A stretch of DNA of 39,304 nucleotides, from the NCBI GenBank assembly GCA_028292145.1, contig JAQGMX010000239.1, positions 1-39,304 on the forward strand, read 5' to 3'. The DNA is from Variovorax sp. Its GTDB lineage: Bacteria > Pseudomonadota > Gammaproteobacteria > Burkholderiales > Burkholderiaceae_C. The notes below the pieces were generated by a model. The model was given only the letters and a program-made list of their open reading frames with translations. It did no database searches and was not told where the DNA came from. The translations under genes were made by a program, and so were the position numbers. The first letter of the stretch is position 1; every line of letters begins with the position of its first letter. Positions 1-8,301 of the stretch are shown here, piece after piece.

Positions 1-1925
1 AGACCGCCTGCCGTGGCAGTGCCGCTCACGGTGGGCATCGTGTCGTTCGTGCTTGCGTTCATCGCCAGCAAGCCGGCAATGGGGCTGACGTCGTCGAGCA
101 CCTGATCGATGGCGATCACCACCGCTCTTGCATCGAGCGTGAAATGGATCTGCGCGGTCGGTGCGGAGACGTTGCCCGCCGCATCGGTGACGATCGCGGT
201 AAACACATGCGCGCCGTCGTCAAGATGCGGCGACTTGAAGCTCCAATCGCCCGCCGCGTTCACCAGCGTGGTGCCCAGCTTCGTGATGCCGTCCATGACG
301 GTCACTGTCGCACCGGCTTCCGCCTTGCCTGTGTAGGTGGGCGTGGCGTCATCCGTGGCGTCATGATCCAGGATCAGACCGGTCTTCGGGCCGACGTCGT
401 CGTTCAGAACCGCCGCGGTGGCCGCAGCGATCGTGATGTCGACGACGATCTGGTAGGGCGCCGTCGGCGCGCTGACGTTGCCCGCCAGGTTGGTCGCCGT
501 GGCGGTGAAGCTGTGTGCGCCCTCGACCAACGTCGGCGACGTGATGAACCACTGGCCGTTGATGTCGGCAATGGTGGAGCCGACCGGTACACCGTCCTCG
601 TTGTACAGCCGGACTGTCTCGCCGGCCTTGGCCGTGCCTTCGACGGTCGGGGTCAGGTCCTTGGTAAAGCCGTGCTGAGGAATGTTTCTCACCCCGCCCA
701 CATCGTCCAGGACGTTGGTGATGGCCGGTGCCGTCGGGATGCCGCCGGTGACCACCGTGAACGCATGGACCGGGGACATGAGACCGACGTTGCCGGCCGC
801 ATCCACCGCCGTGGCGGAGAGGATGTGCCCACCGTTGATCAGCACCGTGGTCGGCAGGAAGGTCCAGACGCCGGCCGAATTTACCGCGGCGGTGCCGAGC
901 ACCATCGTGCCATCCTTGATGATGACACTGCCGTTGGGTTCGGACGTGCCGCTGATCAGAGGCAGCGAGTCGTCGGTGACGCACGCGGGGTTGTCGGGCA
1001 CATTGCCCTGGGTCGGACCCTGGTCGTCGTAGACCGAGGTGATGAACGGCTCGATCGTTGGCGAGATCGTGTCCACCAGCAAGCTCCAAGGGAGCGAAGG
1101 TGGCGACACGTTTCCAGCCGCATCGGTGGCCGTGGTGGTGATGGCGTGGACGCCTTCGTTGAGCGGCGAGATGGGCGTGAACGTCCAGTTGCCCTTGGCA
1201 TCGGTCGCGGCGGTGCCGATCTTCACGGTGCCGTCGAGGATGGTGACCGTGCTCAGGGGTTCCGCCGTGCCCGTCAGGGTCGGCGTGGTGTCGTCGCTCG
1301 GTGCACCAGGAAGTTCCAGCCCGCGGATGGTGCCGACATCGTCGGTTACAGACACGATGACCGGCGGAATCGGCTTCGCCGTGTCGACGGTGAGCGTGAA
1401 GGCAGCGGTCGCAGCGCCTTCCGGTACCGCGGCGGTGGTGACTGTAGCCGTCAGGTTGTGCAAGCCGTCTGCCAGTGGCGCCGTCGGCGTGATGACCCAA
1501 TGGCCGGTGCTGTCGGCCGTGGCCGTGCCGATGACGCTCGTGGTGCCGTCGACATAGAGCTTGACGAGACCGCCTGCCGTGGCAGTGCCGCTCACGGTGG
1601 GCATCGTATCGTTCGTGCTTGCATTCATCGCCAGCAAGCCTGCGATGGGACTGATGTCGTCGAGCACCTGGTCGATCGCGATCACCACGAGGCTGGTGTC
1701 GAGCGTGAAGTGAATCGGCGTAGTCGGTGCGGAGACGTTACCGGCCAGATCGCTCACGATCGCGGTGAACACATGCACGCCCGGGTCCAGCGGCTTCTTG
1801 GGCGTGAAGCTCCAGTTGCCGGCAGGGTTCACCAGGGTGGTGCCCAGGTTGGCGAGGCCGTCCATGACGGTTACCGTCGTGCCCGCCTCTGCCTTGCCGG
1901 TGAAGGTCGGCGTGGCGTCGTCGGT
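1..1925. repeat. Intragenic super-repeat in the adhesin, period about 1566 bp (5 Ig domains, ~522 aa)
   Basis: Positions 1-~355 closely match 1567-~1925; AGACCGCCTGCCGTGGCAGTGCCGCTCACGGTGGGCATCG starts at both 1 and 1567. Confidence 0.85.
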
Positions 1926-3617
1926 GAATCCGTGGTCGGGGATCTGCCCGATCGTCGGCCCGACGTTGTCGGTCACCGTTGCAGTAAACGAATGCGCGCC
2001 CGGGGCAAGCGTCGTCGACGGGTAAGTCCAATTTCCACTTGCGTCGACGAGTGCCGTGCCTTGCACGATGCCGCCATCCATGATTGTGATCGTGGCACCT
2101 GCCTCTGCCTTGCCGGTGAAGGTCGGATTGGCATCGTCGGTGATGGTGCCGTTGACGATCGGGCCCTGGATACGTCCGACATCGTCCGTCAATGCGCTGG
2201 CGGTCGTCGCCGGCGGTGCCAGCGTATCGACGGTAAACACCACCGGAACGCTTGTTGGCCCGGTATTCCCTTGACTGTCCGTCGCCTTCGTCGTCACGGT
2301 GTACGTACCGTCGACGAGCGGAGGGAGCGTAAAGCTCCATATGCCGGAGCCGCTGGCGAGGACGGTGCCGACCTGCCTGCCGTCGTTCATGATCGTGACG
2401 ACGCTGCCTGGCTCGGCGGTACCGCTCACGGTCGGTGTCGCATCGTCCGTGACGCCCTTGTTGGGTACGAGACCCTGTATCGAACCCACGTTGTCGTACG
2501 CGCCGGCGACCGGAGCCGTCGGTGCCGTGAGGTCGGTGACGATCGTCTTGCCAGGCAAGCTGACGTTGTCGGCCGGATCGGTGACAGTGGCGATCCACTC
2601 TCCGAGCGGCTTGCTCGGCATGTCGATCTCGAGCTCGAATTTTCCGGTCGGATCAACCATGGTGGTGTGTTTGCCACCCGCCGGATCCGTGATGGTGACC
2701 AGTCCACCTGGCTCGCCGGTGCCCGTCAGGTTGGGCTTCCCATCGCCGTCCGTGTCAGCGACATGCAACACCGGTGCGGGAGGCGGTGTCGAATCGATCG
2801 TCAGGATCAGCGTCGGGCTCGATGATGTCGTGCCAACGGAATTGGTCAGGCCATAGCCAAGCGTATGCACGCCATCTGGCAACGGGGAATTGGGCGTCAA
2901 CGTGCCGGTAGCCGGATCGTACGTCGCGGGCTTGATCACGCCGTCCACATAAAGCACAGCGCCGGTCGCACCAGCAGGCAGCGCGCCGATATGCAGACCA
3001 GGGGTGGTGTCGTCGGTCAGGGTCGCAGTACTGTTCGGGTTTTGTACGGGACCCACGTTGTCGAGGTAGCTATTGGGACGTTGCGTCGGCGTGGTCAGCG
3101 GCTCCACTTTATGGCTACCGCCCCCAGCGGCAATCGCAACGCCAGCAAGCCCGATCGCCCCGATCGCTCCCAGAACAGCACCGATTGGAAAAGCCGATGC
3201 GAACATGGGCGCCCACGCTGCACCAGCCAACTCCGCGCCACCCAACGCCTGAATGGCGTCAGCGCCGTCGGACAGCAGGGGTACGTAAAAGCCACCTTCT
3301 CCAGAAGTAGGTATGTATTCGAAATATTGACCGTTTTCAGCCAGCCCAACCAGATGATTATCATTTTCGCTGTAGAAATCCTGCAGGATCAAATCCGAAT
3401 GAGCGGGATCGCCCCCCTCAAACGCGACATGCAGATCTTTACCGGCGCGTCGTACGGAAATCTTGTGTGGTGCTTTGCCAGTTGCGGTATCGAGCAGTTC
3501 GACATTGACATTTCCATCGACTTTTACGGTCGTCGGCTGGTTTTGTCCAGAAGTGACTTGAACGTTCTGGACCGTGGCTGTAGCCGAATTTATCTTGATT
3601 GCGTATGTTTTGTTCAT
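1..3617 (-). CDS. Giant T1SS-secreted Ig-like repeat adhesin (BapA/LapA-like), 5' part only; runs off the left edge
   Basis: Hand translation: ATG at 3617 with AAGGAG RBS at 3625-3630 and no stop to position 1 (~1205 codons). N-terminus MNKTYAIKINS...VRRAGKDLHVAFEG...DLILQDFY resembles a BapA-prefix-like domain, followed by a hydrophobic segment ending IAAGGGS and about 11 Ig-like repeats (D(D/N)VG..G....TDDxTPT.TG.AE.G..V...DG....G.W.FT...L..G.H..T....D.AGN). Lies directly downstream of a T1SS. Confidence 0.92.
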   Translation of the reverse strand, partial: MNKTYAIKINSATATVQNVQVTSGQNQPTTVKVDGNVNVELLDTATGKAPHKISVRRAGKDLHVAFEGGDPAHSDLILQDFYSENDNHLVGLAENGQYFEYIPTSGEGGFYVPLLSDGADAIQALGGAELAGAAWAPMFASAFPIGAVLGAIGAIGLAGVAIAAGGGSHKVEPLTTPTQRPNSYLDNVGPVQNPNSTATLTDDTTPGLHIGALPAGATGAVLYVDGVIKPATYDPATGTLTPNSPLPDGVHTLGYGLTNSVGTTSSSPTLILTIDSTPPPAPVLHVADTDGDGKPNLTGTGEPGGLVTITDPAGGKHTTMVDPTGKFELEIDMPSKPLGEWIATVTDPADNVSLPGKTIVTDLTAPTAPVAGAYDNVGSIQGLVPNKGVTDDATPTVSGTAEPGSVVTIMNDGRQVGTVLASGSGIWSFTLPPLVDGTYTVTTKATDSQGNTGPTSVPVVFTVDTLAPPATTASALTDDVGRIQGPIVNGTITDDANPTFTGKAEAGATITIMDGGIVQGTALVDASGNWTYPSTTLAPGAHSFTATVTDNVGPTIGQIPDHGFTDDATPTFTGKAEAGTTVTVMDGLANLGTTLVNPAGNWSFTPKKPLDPGVHVFTAIVSDLAGNVSAPTTPIHFTLDTSLVVIAIDQVLDDISPIAGLLAMNASTNDTMPTVSGTATAGGLVKLYVDGTTSVIGTATADSTGHWVITPTAPLADGLHNLTATVTTAAVPEGAATAAFTLTVDTAKPIPPVIVSVTDDVGTIRGLELPGAPSDDTTPTLTGTAEPLSTVTILDGTVKIGTAATDAKGNWTFTPISPLNEGVHAITTTATDAAGNVSPPSLPWSLLVDTISPTIEPFITSVYDDQGPTQGNVPDNPACVTDDSLPLISGTSEPNGSVIIKDGTMVLGTAAVNSAGVWTFLPTTVLINGGHILSATAVDAAGNVGLMSPVHAFTVVTGGIPTAPAITNVLDDVGGVRNIPQHGFTKDLTPTVEGTAKAGETVRLYNEDGVPVGSTIADINGQWFITSPTLVEGAHSFTATATNLAGNVSAPTAPYQIVVDITIAAATAAVLNDDVGPKTGLILDHDATDDATPTYTGKAEAGATVTVMDGITKLGTTLVNAAGDWSFKSPHLDDGAHVFTAIVTDAAGNVSAPTAQIHFTLDARAVVIAIDQVLDDVSPIAGLLAMNASTNDTMPTVSGTATAGG

Positions 3618-3688
3618 TTGGTTGCTCCTTGAAAGTCGAGGGCGAATATCAGTAAGGCGTCAGGACAGTTAAATATCTAATCTCGATC

Positions 3689-4726
3689 TCAGCGTATGGA
3701 CTGCCCGCGCACGACGATTTCGACACGACGGTTCGGCTCGTTGCACGAATTGATCTGCGCCTTTGTCTTGAAACGTATTCCACAATCGGTCACGACCGGA
3801 TCGGCCGCACCTTTCCCGCTCGAGGTGGTTATCTCCGGCGAAAAGCCGGACCTGACGAAATATTGCTTGATCGTCTGTGCTCGTTTTTGCGACAGGGTCA
3901 GGTTGTAGGCTGAATTCCCAGTCGGGTCTGCATAACCTATGACAGAAAGGCTTTCAATGACGCTGTTGTTTGCGCGCGAAGCGCGAACGATCTTGTCAAG
4001 TTCGTCCCGTCCGCCTTTGCGCAGAGAATCCAAAGTGAACTTATCGACAGCAAACAAAGTAGAGCCTTGAAGGGTGTACTTCGTTGCCGGCATCATTTGC
4101 GGCATCTTGACGGGCGTTACTGCATCGACATCAACCGCGCAGCTTTTCGACTCCAGCCGCGAGATCGTATGCGTGGTCTTGGGAAGCTGTCTAAGCACCG
4201 CATTGGCTGCATTCCCGTCTACCGCTTTCAGACGGGGAGCCCCGCTGTTATCGTCCATCAACTGAAAATAGGATGTACTCGACGGCTGTAATTCATAGCG
4301 CTGTCCGGAAGGGAGGTTTTCCTGCACCGCCAGTGCTGTACTGTCACGCACTGCATTTAAAAAATGCGCGCCTGGGCATACTTCTGCAAAAGCCCATGAC
4401 GGTCTCGGAAAACTCGCGTGGTAGCTGCCATCGATGAATACGCTGACCGTTTCCTTGCGAGCGGCGGCAGCGGCAAAGGCCTCTTCAGAATGCTCCCCAG
4501 CTTCACCACGTGGTAGTTTCATGATCACGATGGCGCTGTGACCTTGAGTCAATGTTGGCCGCTCGGCTGCCTGATCGAGCAGCGTCCAGGGCTGCTGACT
4601 TTCTTGGGCATTTACAGGAACCGTCAGGCAAAGATGTGCGGTCAGCACCAACGCGGGCAAAAGCACCAGATTTGCCAGCCGAAACGGGCGTCGACGGGAC
4701 GGGGTCATGCAATTAGATTGGCTCAT
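3689..4726 (-). CDS. OmpA-family protein (signal peptide, uncharacterised N-domain, C-terminal peptidoglycan-binding OmpA domain)
   Basis: Signal-like LVLLPALVLTAHLCLTVPVNA-Q; C-terminal IGYADPTG..AYNLTLSQKRA..GKG..DPVVTDC..CNEPNRRVEI; AAAGGA RBS. Confidence 0.9.
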   Translation of the reverse strand: MSQSNCMTPSRRRPFRLANLVLLPALVLTAHLCLTVPVNAQESQQPWTLLDQAAERPTLTQGHSAIVIMKLPRGEAGEHSEEAFAAAAARKETVSVFIDGSYHASFPRPSWAFAEVCPGAHFLNAVRDSTALAVQENLPSGQRYELQPSSTSYFQLMDDNSGAPRLKAVDGNAANAVLRQLPKTTHTISRLESKSCAVDVDAVTPVKMPQMMPATKYTLQGSTLFAVDKFTLDSLRKGGRDELDKIVRASRANNSVIESLSVIGYADPTGNSAYNLTLSQKRAQTIKQYFVRSGFSPEITTSSGKGAADPVVTDCGIRFKTKAQINSCNEPNRRVEIVVRGQSIR

Positions 4727-4749
4727 GGTTTTCCTTTGAAATCATTGAA

Positions 4750-4888
4750 AAAGATGGGCGCCGAACAACTCGTTTGGCGATTGACCTATGTCAGGCATCA
4801 AAATCCATCGTAAAAGTCGGAGACACACGGAACTTCGCAATCGAAAGATGGGCGAAGAACCGAACTTTTGAATTTGGTAGTCAGGGCA
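4750..4888. repeat. Degenerate direct repeat, 2 copies with 94-bp period, in the hlyD-ompA spacer
   Basis: AAAGATGGGCG at 4750 and 4844, each followed by NNGAAC and ending in GTCAGG(G)CA. Confidence 0.45.
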
Positions 4889-4915
4889 CACGGCCGAAGC
4901 ATTGGAGAGCGGCCC

Positions 4916-6115
4916 CTAACGCTCACCCATGGAATAACTCAGAGTCTTGCTGATTGGCTTCGTCAGATAGCTGAGCACCGTACGCTCCCGCGCCTTGATT
5001 TCAACGGTAGCCGTCAAACCAGGGCGCATCTGGATTTCTCTGGTCTTGTTGCCTTTGAATTCCGCCTCCTTGACCAGTACGTGCACGCGATAGAAGCTAG
5101 TGGGGCCTTGCTTGGACTCTTCCGTTAAGGAATCAGGACTCACATAGATGACTTGGCCAGTCAATGCGCCGAATATCGAAGAGTCGTAAGCATCGAGCTT
5201 TACGAATGCCGTCTGGCCCACTTCTACAAAGGCGATATCCGAAGGATTCACCTTCGCCTCGGCAATGAGATCGCCATCGGTAGGCGATATCTCAAGCACT
5301 GTGTCTCCTGCACGCAGAACTGCTCCCAAGGTCGTCGCCCTGATGTTGTTGACGATCCCATTCGCCGGAGAAAGCAATTCGGTGTGGTCAAGCACCTGAA
5401 TCCTGTCGCGCAACAATTCCTGCTGTGTATTGAGATCCTCTTGAGCCTTGGTCATCTCAGTCTGGGAGTCCTGAAAATACTTATTGCGGCGATTGGTGAT
5501 TTGCGCACTTATATCGGCTGCAGCTCTTTCGAGGCGCAATACTTCCGCAACACTCACATCAAATGTTGCGACCAGTCGAGAATTTATTTGCAACTCTCGA
5601 TCCGCGATTTTCAGCATGCGCTGCAACGATCCTATATCCCCGTTAAAGGCGGTTTGACGCCGGTTGTAGAGATCGGTCTGATTACGGATGTAATCGCTGT
5701 AGACCTGCAAATCGGGTTCGAATCGAAGCGGCTTTCCGTACACCTCGGCTTGAAGACGGCTCACCGTGATACGCAGCGCTGCAACTTTTGCTTTGCTGTC
5801 GTCTACAGCGGCTTGTGCGCGTTCTTTTTCAAGCGTGACCAATAACTGGCCGGTCTTGACCACATCTCCTTCTCTCACATGGAGCCTGGTGACGACGCCC
5901 GCATCTGGGGTCTGAATCACCTGCGTGCGCTCTGCGGCGATAACACGGGCAGAAGCCCGTGTGACCTGATCGATCTTTGAGAAGGCGGCCCAGATGAACA
6001 GCACCAGCAGGCCCGCGACGATGATGGCGATTCCCAGTCGCGAGCCGTGAGGTCGAGGAAGATCGTCCTTGAGCCCGACGAGCATTTGCGACGTGTTCTG
6101 GATATTCGCTTTCAT
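4916..6115 (-). CDS. HlyD-family T1SS periplasmic adaptor
   Basis: N-terminal TM helix; LHVREGDVVKTGQLL, SPANGIV, KLDAYDSSIFGALTGQV, RPGLTATVEI, TVLSYLTKPI motifs. Confidence 0.95.
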   Translation of the reverse strand: MKANIQNTSQMLVGLKDDLPRPHGSRLGIAIIVAGLLVLFIWAAFSKIDQVTRASARVIAAERTQVIQTPDAGVVTRLHVREGDVVKTGQLLVTLEKERAQAAVDDSKAKVAALRITVSRLQAEVYGKPLRFEPDLQVYSDYIRNQTDLYNRRQTAFNGDIGSLQRMLKIADRELQINSRLVATFDVSVAEVLRLERAAADISAQITNRRNKYFQDSQTEMTKAQEDLNTQQELLRDRIQVLDHTELLSPANGIVNNIRATTLGAVLRAGDTVLEISPTDGDLIAEAKVNPSDIAFVEVGQTAFVKLDAYDSSIFGALTGQVIYVSPDSLTEESKQGPTSFYRVHVLVKEAEFKGNKTREIQMRPGLTATVEIKARERTVLSYLTKPISKTLSYSMGER

Positions 6116-6116
6116 G

Positions 6117-8291
6117 TCAGGCCGCCTCTGTCATGGAAGCTGCCCTGCCCGACCCGTTTTGCGGCAAAAGTACAGGCGTCGGTGTTGCGAGTTTGGCAAG
6201 CACGTCATCTCGAGGCCCGTCAAGCACGATGCGGTTGCCGTTAAGTACGATCAAACGCGCAACGAGCGGCAGAAGACTAGGCTTGTGGGTGACGATCAAA
6301 ATCGTCTTTCCAGCTCTGGCCTCCTGCGCAATGACCTCCAGACAATGCTTTTCCTGTTCCTGATCCATGTTGGCCGTGGGTTCATCGAGCAACATCACCG
6401 GGTTGTCTGCCAACACCAGACGCGTAAAAGCAAGCAGTTGCCGCTGACCTCCGCTCAGACCTTTTCCACCTTCTGTGATCAGTCGGTCAAGGCCTTTGGG
6501 ATGACTTTGTACAAACTGGTCCATTCCCGTGCGTTTCATTGCGCGCCTAAAAGCCTCATCTCCGGGATCTGGCATGCCGATCAGCAGGTTCTCTCGCAAT
6601 GTTCCTTGAAATAGCCGATGCTCTTGCTGCAGATATCCAATTTGCCGATTAATTACTTCGCGGCTGACATGCAAGACATCCAGCCCATCGATCAGAACAC
6701 GGCCTTCGCTTGACGCATACATCCCACTGAGGAGGCGCAACAGCGTCGACTTACCTGAACCAATTGACCCGAGAATGCCTACTTGCTCACCCGCACGAAT
6801 CTGCAGATTTGGAACTCTCAAAGCATGCGGGTTGTCGCCGTACGAAAATTTAACGCCGTCCAGACGATAGTTCCCCGTCAGTCGATCCGGGATAAGCACC
6901 CTGTCAACATCATGATTGTCTGTTTTCAATTCAAATATCTTGTTCAGACCTTCCAGCGCCGCGCGTGCATGAGCGTGTTGAACAATGATTCCCGGCAATG
7001 CCAGGATCGGCGAAATGACGCGCCCACTAAGAATTGAGCAGGCAATAAGAGCGCCGGTTGTCATGTCGCCCTGCATCACCAGCAAAGCGCCTACGACAAT
7101 GACACACATGTAGCCGATTTGCTGGATTGAGCCGGCAACAAAGTGCGTGCTTTCGTTCGCACGGCGGAGTTTGAGATCGTTGTGAATCGTCGTGGCGTTG
7201 ATGCGCGTCCAACGCGATAGAAATTTCCATCCACCCGAGCCGGCCTTTATCGTTTCCGCGCCCTCGACCGCCTCAACCAGTAAGCCGGTTTTCATATTGC
7301 TCAATTGCGCTCCCTGGATCGCAAGTGCCATGATCTTTTTCCGCGCTATCAGTCCCACACCTAGTGCCAGCACCGCCATGAGCAATGGAACAAGAGCAAC
7401 GATGGGGCTGGCGATAATTGCCATAACGATTAAGAACAGAAGACCCATTGGCACGTCGACAAGGGTAAATAGCGTACCGGCCGTGTAAAAGCTACGGACT
7501 TGCTCGTAACCTCGGAGCTGAGAAACGAGACTGCCAACCGATGCCGGAAGTTGGTCAATTCTCAAATTCAGGAGCCGACGGAATACAGCAGGTGAAAGAC
7601 GGTTATCCACGCCAACGGAAACATGGTCCATGATGTGCGCGCGTGCAAACTTCATGACCAGTTCAAAAATAATCCCAATCAAAACACCAATACTGAGAAC
7701 GATGAGGGTGTACTCCCCTTTTGTCGGTATGACACGGTCATAAACCTGCATCGAAAACAACGATGTCACCAAAGCAAGCATGCCGATAAACACGGATGCA
7801 ACGAGTGCCTCGGCCATACTGGAGTGAAAAGGACGCAAAGCGCCGAGCAATACAGCCGTGAAACTTTTAGGCTCGTGCGCCGTCGCACCAACCCCCACCT
7901 TGTCAAGCAAAGCATTCGAAAGTCGAAGTTCGACACAACAGTTTCGAAGCGCTTCCGTTGAAACCTTTTGACTTTCGTGCGGAAAATTGATGCGCCAGTG
8001 ACCATCTGGCTCACGATCAACAAGGAGACCCCAGCCGTGGTCGGGTATGTACGTAAGTAACGGGAGGCTGGAACGATCCGGATAGATATGCCGAACCACA
8101 GACTCATAGCCCAGGGCAGCCATGACCCGGTCGACAGTCGCTAGACCTTGTCCAGGAGCGACTTTCGCCAAACTTTCTTGCACGCGCAGGGAATCGAGTA
8201 CGACGCCGTGACTTCGCATGGCCGCATCGAGCGCCCATTTAAGACTTTCGTGAGATTCAGGTTTCGACACTGAATTGAAAAGCGTCTGCAA
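6117..8291 (-). CDS. T1SS permease/ATPase (LapB/HlyB type) with degenerate C39-like N-domain
   Basis: FSMQVYDRVIP, Walker A GSIGSGKST, LSGGQRQ signature, LLDEPT Walker B, ILIVTH. Start uncertain: TTG 8291 (GAAGG upstream, 724 aa) preferred over GTG 8270 or the track start 8399, which overlaps tolC. Confidence 0.93.
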   Translation of the reverse strand: MQTLFNSVSKPESHESLKWALDAAMRSHGVVLDSLRVQESLAKVAPGQGLATVDRVMAALGYESVVRHIYPDRSSLPLLTYIPDHGWGLLVDREPDGHWRINFPHESQKVSTEALRNCCVELRLSNALLDKVGVGATAHEPKSFTAVLLGALRPFHSSMAEALVASVFIGMLALVTSLFSMQVYDRVIPTKGEYTLIVLSIGVLIGIIFELVMKFARAHIMDHVSVGVDNRLSPAVFRRLLNLRIDQLPASVGSLVSQLRGYEQVRSFYTAGTLFTLVDVPMGLLFLIVMAIIASPIVALVPLLMAVLALGVGLIARKKIMALAIQGAQLSNMKTGLLVEAVEGAETIKAGSGGWKFLSRWTRINATTIHNDLKLRRANESTHFVAGSIQQIGYMCVIVVGALLVMQGDMTTGALIACSILSGRVISPILALPGIIVQHAHARAALEGLNKIFELKTDNHDVDRVLIPDRLTGNYRLDGVKFSYGDNPHALRVPNLQIRAGEQVGILGSIGSGKSTLLRLLSGMYASSEGRVLIDGLDVLHVSREVINRQIGYLQQEHRLFQGTLRENLLIGMPDPGDEAFRRAMKRTGMDQFVQSHPKGLDRLITEGGKGLSGGQRQLLAFTRLVLADNPVMLLDEPTANMDQEQEKHCLEVIAQEARAGKTILIVTHKPSLLPLVARLIVLNGNRIVLDGPRDDVLAKLATPTPVLLPQNGSGRAASMTEAA

Positions 8292-8301
8292 TTTATGACC
8301 T

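Noticed and set aside
144-2825. 893-aa plus-strand ORF and other ORFs within 1-3632
   Set aside because: Shadows of the GC-rich adhesin gene on the minus strand; Arg/Gly-rich or antisense translations with no recognisable motifs.
4829-4885. Sigma-E-type promoter (GAACTT boxes)
   Set aside because: No -10 element at the right spacing, and the orientation is antisense to the locus.
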